Part shown: positions 17,714 through 25,927 of the stretch, one piece after another
Layout of the letters: the number at the start of each line of letters is the position of its first letter
Numbering within the stretch: position 1 is the stretch's first letter
Source: Pseudomonadota bacterium
GTDB taxonomy: Bacteria; Desulfobacterota; JADFVX01
Reading direction: 5' to 3'
DNA: 33,315 nucleotides
Assembly: GCA_015222555.1 (NCBI GenBank)
Contig: JADFVM010000169.1
Location: 1 to 33,315, forward strand
The notes under the pieces: model-generated
The model's input: only the letters and a program-made list of their open reading frames with translations
What the model was told of the DNA's origin: nothing
Database searches by the model: none
Program-made: the position numbers and the translations under genes

Positions 17714-18064
17714 TTATTCAGCAATAATATGAAAGTAGGATATGGACAAAGCGGATTGTTCAGCCTGCCGGTTCGGCTTGCCTTGCCTTGACTTCTCTGA
17801 AAGTATGGTTTTTTCATTGGTAATGGAGGGGGGATGATTCATCGGTTTCATATTGATTTTGCAGTCTCTACAGATATAACCCCAGGTATTCGTTAGTTCA
17901 CTTGCACCTTCTCTCGGCTTGCGGTGCTTACATTGTCTGCAGTGAATTTCAGCAACATTTTTCAGGTAGAGATCATCGTCAATGGAGAGTTTCCCTCGCC
18001 TGAAGTCGATCCATATGACATTTGATGAGCTATCTGTTATATGGGTGGGCTCTGGTTTAAGCAA
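17714..18064 (-). CDS. Hypothetical protein with a possible zinc ribbon
   Basis: Two CxxC pairs (CRQC, CRDC). TTG start is uncertain. Confidence 0.5.
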   Translation of the reverse strand: MLKPEPTHITDSSSNVIWIDFRRGKLSIDDDLYLKNVAEIHCRQCKHRKPREGASELTNTWGYICRDCKINMKPMNHPPSITNEKTILSEKSRQGKPNRQAEQSALSISYFHIIAE

Positions 18065-18188
18065 TTGTTCTCATTTTCCTCTGATTTGAAAATAAATCTC
18101 ATTATACAATATGATAAGCAATTCTACGACGATTATTTCATTCTTTGAAAAGAGTGTCAGGCGGGATCTTGCTAAAAAGAAGGCAGCA

Positions 18189-19418
18189 TCAATGACTCTT
18201 TTTTTTTGATCGCCGGAAAAGAGATCTGATCCCCTTGCGGGGTGAACTCAAAAGACGAATGGTTCTCAGCTGGATGAGATATTCAGTCCATATCATTATT
18301 GCCTCCCAGAAGTTCTCTATAAAACGTACATACCATGGCCGCTTTAACCAGTTTATATACTCTATTTCTCTACTTTCCTCCAGGTCTGCGAGAAACATCC
18401 GGGCCATGTCTTCTGCAAAATGGCTGTCAATGACTTCCTGGTTTGCCTCCAGGTTCCAGCGAAGGCTCCATTTGTCCAGGTTACTTGATCCTATGGAAAT
18501 CCAGTCGTCGCAGAGCATTACTTTGGAATGAAGAAAGCGGGGGGCATATTCAAAGATACGAACGCCATTGCGAAGCAGGGACTGGTAATAACGCTGGCTG
18601 ATTCGTCTCACAGAGGGATGATCTGTCTGCTTCCCCGGCAGAAGGAGACGCACATCAACACCGGCACGGGCCGCTTTTCTCAGGGCTCGACGGATCTTCC
18701 ATGAAGGGATGAAATAGGCCATTTCTATCCAGATGCGTTTCCTGGATTTTCGAATTCTTTTAAGGAGCGATCTAATGATGTCGCGACGGTGAGGTGGCAG
18801 TAAAAGGGCTACCCTGCCTTCCATATCGGCAGCTTCAATAGAATGATTGCCGATGGGCAGGTTGATGAAGGGCTCTCCCCATTGGTTCCAGATTGACTGG
18901 AATGAGGATTGCCAGTCTGAAACAACAGGGCCGGATATCTCTACCATAGTATCGAGCCAGAAATCGGACGGTTGATGTAAAGGAGAAAAGTCATCTGTAA
19001 CTCCTGCACCTCCCGTGTATGCGATTAGGTTATCAATGAGAAGCAGTTTGCGATGGTTTCTACGCAGGTTTGCAAGCCACTTGCCATAGCGAAGGGGGTT
19101 ATAAAAAATAAGAAAAACACCATTTTCAGCCAGGCGTTTCCTGTCTTTACTGTTGAGATTCCACGATCCAAAATCATCAAGAAGAAGATAGACAAAAACC
19201 CCTCTTTTTGCGGCCTTGCAAAGAGCATCAATAAAGCTTGTAGCAACATGGCCGGATTCAAAGATGTACATTTCCATGAGAACGTACTTCTCAGCCCCCT
19301 TAATTGATTTAAGCATGGCCGGAAAAAAGTTGTTTCCATTTTTCAGGCACTTGAAGCTGTTTCCCTTGTACCAGGGCGTTCCTTCCATGACAGGAATATT
19401 TTTTTCTCTCTTCTTCAT
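18189..19418 (-). CDS. Phospholipase D-family cardiolipin synthase (ClsB-like)
   Basis: Two HKD motifs (HRKLLLID, HSKVMLCD), GSSNLD..S...NLE, and no N-terminal TM pair. Start uncertain. Confidence 0.9.
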   Translation of the reverse strand: MKKREKNIPVMEGTPWYKGNSFKCLKNGNNFFPAMLKSIKGAEKYVLMEMYIFESGHVATSFIDALCKAAKRGVFVYLLLDDFGSWNLNSKDRKRLAENGVFLIFYNPLRYGKWLANLRRNHRKLLLIDNLIAYTGGAGVTDDFSPLHQPSDFWLDTMVEISGPVVSDWQSSFQSIWNQWGEPFINLPIGNHSIEAADMEGRVALLLPPHRRDIIRSLLKRIRKSRKRIWIEMAYFIPSWKIRRALRKAARAGVDVRLLLPGKQTDHPSVRRISQRYYQSLLRNGVRIFEYAPRFLHSKVMLCDDWISIGSSNLDKWSLRWNLEANQEVIDSHFAEDMARMFLADLEESREIEYINWLKRPWYVRFIENFWEAIMIWTEYLIQLRTIRLLSSPRKGIRSLFRRSKKKSH

Positions 19419-19545
19419 CGTCAAGTTAAATATATCGGGATAAAGATAGAAGATCAACTCTTCCCGCTTGCATTTTTCACCGGCTGGCTTTATTCAGATA
19501 GTGCTTTGACCTGGTTTTCAGGCGTCGAGATGATCTTTGATGAGT

Positions 19546-22047
19546 TTAGTTCTCTTCAACCCCTTCAGGACCGAAAGGCTTGAAGACGATGATAAGTTGA
19601 GGTAAAAGTGTGAGTGCGGCAATGAGTGCTATAATCATTGCGAGGCCAGTGAGAAGCCCAAAATAAATACTTGGAATGAAATTTGAGAGGATGAGGATTG
19701 AAAAACCGATGATAATTGTGATAGAGGTGTCATACATGGCATATCCTATGCTCTCGTGGCATCGATGCATTGTATTGATATAATTCCTGTCTTTTTCCAC
19801 CTCTTTCTTGAACCTGTGAATGTAGTGGATGGTGTCATCTACGGCGATGCCGACGCTGATTGAAGCGATGGTGATGGTCATCATGTCAAGAGGAATACCC
19901 ATCCATCCCATGAACCCGAGCACAGAACCGACGGAAAGAAGATTGGGGAAAATAGCGATGAGCGCGATTTTTATTGATCTGAAGAGGATCAGGAACATGA
20001 ACATGAGTGCCGCAACGACAGCAGCAAGTGTCAGGATTTGGGAGCTAAAGAGGCTTTGAAGCATGTTGTTGTACAATACCAACAGGCCGGAAAGGTGAAT
20101 GCGTTCCTCCTTAAAGCCAAGCTTGTCGGTGAGGTCGCCTTTAATCTGCTTAAGCAGTTCATTTCTTCTTAAGTCTTCTTCGGAATCCCTTACACGAACA
20201 GCAAAACGGACCTGATCGTTTTCAACAGAAACATAGGGTGATAAAATGATCTTCTTGAACTTCTCCGGTAGCTCTTTATAGATGAGGGCCAGTTTAAAAT
20301 TATCCAGAGGTTCTCCCTTGTTCAACTTCTCACCCACCTTCAGCATTGTTCCAAGAGACAGGACCTTCCCTGTTTCGCTAAGGCTGTCCAGATAATCATG
20401 TATTTTTGTTACCTCTTCCATCTTGTCCGATGTAAACCAGTATTTGGGATCATCTTTGGCAGCCTCAAACTCTTCTTCAAATTCGTCAAATTCATCAAAT
20501 TCTTCATCCTCTGTTGTAGCTGCCTGTTCAATAACTACTTCCTCTTCATTAAAATCAAGTGTGATATTTAGTGGTGTCGTGCCGCCCAGATGCTGATCGA
20601 TGACTTTCATTCCCTGATAGATCTCTGTGGACTCTTTGAAGTAGTCTATAAAACTGTTTTCAACGATGAGCCTCCTCCCTCCCGCAACACTTAGAATCAA
20701 TAAAATGGCGCTTCCGACAATGATGAGTGATCCGTGACGTTCTGTAAAATTGGCAAGCACTTTTGTCAGTGCGAAGCGGGATTCAAATGTGGTATCAGGG
20801 ATTTTTTTTTCAAAAAATATTAGTACTGTAGGAAAAATTAGAAAAGTCAGAATCAATGATACGCCAATTCCGGCGCTCATCATCCAGCCAAAATTGATCA
20901 CAGGCAGTATGTCACAGAGAATAAGAGAACTGAAACCTGCCACTGTCGTTAAGACAGCATAAGTACAAGGTTTAGCCATGGAAGTGACTGTATCAAGAAT
21001 AAGCTGATGCTCAGTTGCCTCGGGATTGAGAGCAATCAGTTCGCGATACCTGACAATAAGGTGGATGGTGACGGCCATGGTGATAATAATCTGAATGGAG
21101 ATGAAGTTGGACGAAATTACTGTTACTTCCCAGCCGAACATTCCCAGTAGACCGCAGGTTGCGATAACGGAAAATGAGCAGCAAATAATGGGCATCAATA
21201 TCCATCGTCGTTGTCTGAAAATTAGCCATAAGGTAATGATTAGAAAACACAAGACACCAATTCCGAAAAGCCTGAGATCATTTTTTACGAAGGAAATCAG
21301 GTCATCGGCAATCATGCTGACACCGCCAAGAAAGAGGTCGGCCTCTCCCCTGTATTTGTCCATGATGGACCTAACATCATGGATGGTCCGGTGTTGTTTG
21401 ATCCGCATCCTGTCCCGATGTTCTTTAAAGCGGACAAGCAGTTCTTTCAGCTCACGCTCTTCACCATCTGTCAAGTCTTCAAGCTTTTGTTTGTCTTTGA
21501 GCTCATTACGGCGGGACAGGAGCTGGTGAAAAACCTTATCTTCTGCCAGATTGGCCTGAAGAGCAGTCGTTTTGAAATCATGGCTGACCAGCATATTGCT
21601 GTAGATTGGACTATTCAGAAACTCCTCCCGGGCCAGCTTTCTGTCCGCATTAGGCGATTCAAGGGTTTGGACATTCTTGACCATTTCCTTGATCGGCATG
21701 GGCGGACTTTCGAGCATCGGCACATTCAGTAAGGAGGTGACGGACTCTACGCCTTCCAGCTGGTTGAGCTCATCACTGAGGTGGCGGATATTATCAAGTG
21801 TCTTGTTTGAAAGGAGATTTTCCCTTGGTGTATAGGTTATGACCAGGAAATCCGGGCTGCCGTACCGGTCATTGATTATCCGTGTATAACGGAGGTCCTC
21901 ATCATCTTCAAGGATAAGGGTTTCTGCAGAGGCATCAACTTCCAGTTTTCTTGCCTCGTATCCAAGGAAGGCAATAACTGCAAGGATGACAAGCAGGACC
22001 AGCCTGGGGTATTGAAGAATAAAGTTGTCGTATAAGCGTCTTAGCAT
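19546..22047 (-). CDS. MMPL/RND-family lipid transporter
   Basis: Two repeats of TM + periplasmic domain + 5 TM, with LTTVAGFSSL and SVGIAVDDTIHYIHRF. Confidence 0.92.
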   Translation of the reverse strand: MLRRLYDNFILQYPRLVLLVILAVIAFLGYEARKLEVDASAETLILEDDEDLRYTRIINDRYGSPDFLVITYTPRENLLSNKTLDNIRHLSDELNQLEGVESVTSLLNVPMLESPPMPIKEMVKNVQTLESPNADRKLAREEFLNSPIYSNMLVSHDFKTTALQANLAEDKVFHQLLSRRNELKDKQKLEDLTDGEERELKELLVRFKEHRDRMRIKQHRTIHDVRSIMDKYRGEADLFLGGVSMIADDLISFVKNDLRLFGIGVLCFLIITLWLIFRQRRWILMPIICCSFSVIATCGLLGMFGWEVTVISSNFISIQIIITMAVTIHLIVRYRELIALNPEATEHQLILDTVTSMAKPCTYAVLTTVAGFSSLILCDILPVINFGWMMSAGIGVSLILTFLIFPTVLIFFEKKIPDTTFESRFALTKVLANFTERHGSLIIVGSAILLILSVAGGRRLIVENSFIDYFKESTEIYQGMKVIDQHLGGTTPLNITLDFNEEEVVIEQAATTEDEEFDEFDEFEEEFEAAKDDPKYWFTSDKMEEVTKIHDYLDSLSETGKVLSLGTMLKVGEKLNKGEPLDNFKLALIYKELPEKFKKIILSPYVSVENDQVRFAVRVRDSEEDLRRNELLKQIKGDLTDKLGFKEERIHLSGLLVLYNNMLQSLFSSQILTLAAVVAALMFMFLILFRSIKIALIAIFPNLLSVGSVLGFMGWMGIPLDMMTITIASISVGIAVDDTIHYIHRFKKEVEKDRNYINTMHRCHESIGYAMYDTSITIIIGFSILILSNFIPSIYFGLLTGLAMIIALIAALTLLPQLIIVFKPFGPEGVEEN

Positions 22048-22070
22048 TAAAGAGCTGTCATCCCGTCCTG

Positions 22071-22673
22071 TTACTTTTTGCCGTCAGGAAGTGCAAAGTT
22101 TCCCGATCTTTGTAATTTTGCCAGTAGAGTTTCAACCGTTCCTTTTTTCAGGATGCCGTCAAATTGGGAACGATAGGTCTGGACAATGCTGACTCCCTGA
22201 ATTTCCACATCATATATCTTCCAGCCCCTTTTTGATTTATAAAACTTATACAGCATATCTACATCGTTATCCTTTGATACAAGGTGTGTCATGATGCGGA
22301 TTTTCTTTTTCACCATGAAGGGTTCCTCATAGACTGCCTCTTCATCGCTGTAAAGGTCCAGTTTTTCAATGTAGGATTCCTGGATACGTTCAACAAAAAG
22401 TGAGGTGTATTCCTTCTGCTGTTCTTCATTTAACGTGGGCCAGTATTTTCTCCCCAGGCTTAGTTTTCCCATTTTCTCGAAGTCAAATATGGGAATAATA
22501 GTCTCTAGAATTTCAGCATTTCTCTTCTGCTTATCCATATCATTTTTCTGAAGGAGAGAAATTACGTTGTCCATCCGCTCTCTTAGCATGGCGTCTACAT
22601 CGCTTTTGTCATCGGCAAAAACAGGTTGCGAAAAAATAAACAAGAAAATAAATAAATAAATGAGCCTTTTCAT
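22071..22673 (-). CDS. MlaC/Ttg2D-family periplasmic lipid-binding protein
   Basis: Signal peptide, FDFEKM..LSLG..W and WKIYDVEIQGVSIVQTYRSQF. Confidence 0.92.
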   Translation of the reverse strand: MKRLIYLFIFLFIFSQPVFADDKSDVDAMLRERMDNVISLLQKNDMDKQKRNAEILETIIPIFDFEKMGKLSLGRKYWPTLNEEQQKEYTSLFVERIQESYIEKLDLYSDEEAVYEEPFMVKKKIRIMTHLVSKDNDVDMLYKFYKSKRGWKIYDVEIQGVSIVQTYRSQFDGILKKGTVETLLAKLQRSGNFALPDGKK

Positions 22674-22675
22674 GA

Positions 22676-23569
22676 CTACTCCCTGACTTTCTTTTTTCTG
22701 TTTTGTTCATAAGCATCCCTTAAAAAGGGGTACAGATCAAGGGCATCCTTTTTTATGCTTTCATATTCACCGATATGATGGGATGCTTCATTCAATATAT
22801 TAAAAGATTTGACAGCCAGTTCCTCTTCCGCTTTTTTTATGTAACTTACAGGGTCCATGAAATAGTCAGGGACAAGGCCGACAACATCACGCAGGTTGGA
22901 TGGGCCGAGAAGAGGCAGGACGATGTGAAATCCACCTCCCAGGCCATAATGGCCCAGGGTTTGACCAAAGTCCTCAGGATAGGCCTCCAGGTTAAACCAG
23001 TTTTTTGCCGGGTCTCCAAGGCCGAGAATGCCCACTGTGGTGTTAACGCCGAAGCGCGTTAATTCTATGCCGGCGCGCTTAAATTTCAGTTGAAGGACGT
23101 TATTGACAAAACGAAGGGGAAAGAGAAGGTTATTAAAGAATCTTGTGACAGAGCGACGTGCGCTTAATGGAACAACTTTTTTGTAGCCGTTGGCCACCGG
23201 TTTGAGCAACCAGAAATAAAACTTATCATTAACAGATGTCATGATTCGGTTATAGCCGCTTAGGGGATCAAAAACTTCTTTGGAAGACGCCTCTTCAAAC
23301 TCTTCTTCCAGGTCGAAGAAGTCTTCATCTTCCTCGTTTTCAGAGCTGTCTATCACGCCCGCATCGGTGACGACCGCTGTTTCAAGTGATGCCATTAAAA
23401 TAGGTGTGGGCGTAAAGTCATAATTCTCTTGAAAAATGACCTCATTTTTTGCAAGGATTGGCTTGGTAGAGTGATTTGATCTGTCAATATCAGAGGGAAT
23501 GTAGGCATGAATAGCTGTGGCATGAAAGAGGAGAAAAATAAAGGCAAAAAAAATATAAAAACGGGACAT
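22676..23569 (-). CDS. mlaA: MlaA/VacJ-family protein
   Basis: DPLSGYNR, RFGVNTTVGILGL.D, EDFGQTLG.YG, VLPLLGPSNLRD, Y..LRDAYEQNR. Confidence 0.92.
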   Translation of the reverse strand: MSRFYIFFAFIFLLFHATAIHAYIPSDIDRSNHSTKPILAKNEVIFQENYDFTPTPILMASLETAVVTDAGVIDSSENEEDEDFFDLEEEFEEASSKEVFDPLSGYNRIMTSVNDKFYFWLLKPVANGYKKVVPLSARRSVTRFFNNLLFPLRFVNNVLQLKFKRAGIELTRFGVNTTVGILGLGDPAKNWFNLEAYPEDFGQTLGHYGLGGGFHIVLPLLGPSNLRDVVGLVPDYFMDPVSYIKKAEEELAVKSFNILNEASHHIGEYESIKKDALDLYPFLRDAYEQNRKKKVRE

Positions 23570-23875
23570 TTAAATGTTTAACCTCTTATAGCCATAGCCG
23601 GAACAAGTTTTTATTTTCAGTACTATTAAACCTGCATTTACAGAACAATAATTTAATCTTTATAACAGATTGGGGAAGATTAATCAACGCAGCAAAAATA
23701 AAAAATTGCGAATATTTTAAAGTGGTAAAACAGAGGTGTTTTTAAGTTTAATTGATGTGTCGATCAGATGTTTATTGCGTGGAAAGAAAGAATCTTCGAA
23801 AAACTGACATTTTCAGTTTCTTTACGGTTAACAGCAAGTATCGATGAAAATCAGAAAACGATCCTTCATGGACAG

Positions 23876-24883
23876 CTATTCAGCCATGATGCAACGGTTT
23901 CGACCTTCTTCCTTTGCCTTATAAAGAGCTTCATCGGCTCTGGCGACCAGATCGTCAGGATTGCCCGATTTGTCTGGCTGCATGACTGCAACACCAAGGC
24001 TGATACTGACAAAATCCGCTACATCTGAATAGGCATGTGGGATATTTTGTTTCTCAATATTTGCCCGCATTTCTTCTGCTACTTTTGCAGCCCCGTCAGC
24101 GTCTGTGCCGGGAAGTATGGCCACGAATTCCTCGCCTCCATAACGGGCAAGAAAGTCACCGGAGCGGATAATGGTCTCATCGAGAGTCGAGGCGACCTGT
24201 TTCAGGCAGTCATCTCCACCCTGATGTCCGTAACCGTCATTATATTTTTTGAAAAAGTCGATGTCGAGAATGACAACGGCAACCTGGTGCTTTTCTCTCC
24301 AGCCCCGTTTCCATTCCTGCGCCAGCATTTCATCAAAATGGCGGCGGTTGGCAATACCTGTGAGACCGTCAAGCACTGAAAGCCGCTGCAGGATGGCATT
24401 GCTTTTTTTCAGTTCTTCCTGAAGCTTTTCCATTTCACGGTATGCTTCGTCGCGTTGGAGCTGTAACAGATAGGTTTTAGAGTGCGCCCGGATTCTGGCA
24501 ACCAGTTCAATTTTGTCGGGCAATTTTACCAGGTAATCACTGGCGCCATTTTCAAAGGCCTGTCTCTTGGCCATAGGATCTTCCTTGGTGGAAAGGACAA
24601 TAACCGGGGTAGCCGACGTGGCAGGGTTGGCGCGATAAAACTTTAAAAGTGTATATCCGTCCACATCGGGCATGACAAGGTCCTGCAGGATGATGCTTGG
24701 CTGTATCTCGTTGGCTGTTTGGACGGCTTTTGACGATTCCTGACAATAATGGAACTCAATATCCTTGTCGTCCACCAGCATTCTGCGTATCGCTTCTGAT
24801 ACGATGGCCTGGTCATCTACGAGTAATACCACCGGATGGGGCAGGTCTTTTTTCTCTTCTTCAGGTATATGGTCTTCGCTCAT
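23876..24883 (-). CDS. wspR: WspR-like REC-GGDEF diguanylate cyclase
   Basis: REC domain (LLVDDQ, ILQDLVMP, DYLVKLPD.IEL.ARIR.HS), coiled stalk, I-site RSGD and active site GGEEF. Confidence 0.93.
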   Translation of the reverse strand: MSEDHIPEEEKKDLPHPVVLLVDDQAIVSEAIRRMLVDDKDIEFHYCQESSKAVQTANEIQPSIILQDLVMPDVDGYTLLKFYRANPATSATPVIVLSTKEDPMAKRQAFENGASDYLVKLPDKIELVARIRAHSKTYLLQLQRDEAYREMEKLQEELKKSNAILQRLSVLDGLTGIANRRHFDEMLAQEWKRGWREKHQVAVVILDIDFFKKYNDGYGHQGGDDCLKQVASTLDETIIRSGDFLARYGGEEFVAILPGTDADGAAKVAEEMRANIEKQNIPHAYSDVADFVSISLGVAVMQPDKSGNPDDLVARADEALYKAKEEGRNRCIMAE

Positions 24884-24895
24884 GATCGCAGTACT

Positions 24896-25927
24896 TTATT
24901 TGGATTTTATCTGATAAGCAAGTATTTTTTTTGTCAGCGCCTCAGCAATGTCATCAATGGGTAGAATGTCTACAGCGGCATTCAATTCAACGGCGGCCTT
25001 GGGCATGCCGTATACCCTGCATGTCTCCGCATTTTGCGCAACCGTATAGATTCCATTCTGCTTCAGTTGGAGTAAGCCATCAGCGCCGTCTTTGCCCATT
25101 CCTGTCAGAAGCGCTGCAACGGCTTTTCCGCCCCAGTTCTTAAGGATGCTGTTAAAAAAGACATCGACAGAAGGTCTGTAAGGAGTCTGTAATGGATTCT
25201 CTTTGTATACGAGGCAACTTCTCTCGTTAATATAGAGATGATTGTTCGTGCCGGCAACAAGAACCGTGCCGTGATTTAGCCTGTCCCCATCCATGGCAAG
25301 ACGTACGGGAAGTTTTGAATATTCACCAAGCCAGTCGGCAAAACCCTGTGAAAAGTTTTCGTCTACATGCTGCACAATAACAACGGCTGCCGGCAGGTCC
25401 TTTGGAAGAGTGGAAAGAATTTTTATGAGGGCTGCAGGCCCTCCTGTAGACGCTCCCAGTGCAAGTAAGCATTTGTCTGATGTGTCAGGTTTGGGTGACA
25501 CGCTTAAATTGAGTGAAGTTTTTTTCCGATCTGCATCGATGAGTTTGCCGATGGTCCGTATTTTCTTGAGAAGCTCATTTTTACCATCTGCCTCTCCACT
25601 TGTGCCGAGGATGGGGGTACTTACGGCATCCAGCGCGCCCACACTCATGGCCTCAAAAACTTTGGCTGCGTTGGCAGTGACTGAAGCGGTGACCACCAGT
25701 ATAGGACATGGGGAATTGGCCATGATGTTTCGAGATGCTTCCACACCATTCATCTCAGGCATGATGAGGTCCATAAGTATGAGATCAGGCACGTCGTCGG
25801 CACATCGACTCACCGCTTCCTTGCCGTCCTTTGCAATCCATGCAACCTCATATCCTTGTACCGTTGTTATGATGCGCCGCATGACTTCTACGGCCATTTT
25901 CATGTCATTGACGATGGCAATTCTCAT
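24896..25927 (-). CDS. wspF: WspF/CheB methylesterase
   Basis: MRIAIVND-type REC domain. Catalytic triad motifs GASTGG, VQHVD and TGMGKDG. Confidence 0.93.
   Translation of the reverse strand: MRIAIVNDMKMAVEVMRRIITTVQGYEVAWIAKDGKEAVSRCADDVPDLILMDLIMPEMNGVEASRNIMANSPCPILVVTASVTANAAKVFEAMSVGALDAVSTPILGTSGEADGKNELLKKIRTIGKLIDADRKKTSLNLSVSPKPDTSDKCLLALGASTGGPAALIKILSTLPKDLPAAVVIVQHVDENFSQGFADWLGEYSKLPVRLAMDGDRLNHGTVLVAGTNNHLYINERSCLVYKENPLQTPYRPSVDVFFNSILKNWGGKAVAALLTGMGKDGADGLLQLKQNGIYTVAQNAETCRVYGMPKAAVELNAAVDILPIDDIAEALTKKILAYQIKSK

Noticed and set aside
23768-24028. 86-aa plus-strand ORF overlapping the wspR 3' end
   Set aside because: Mostly antisense to wspR, with no SD or motif.
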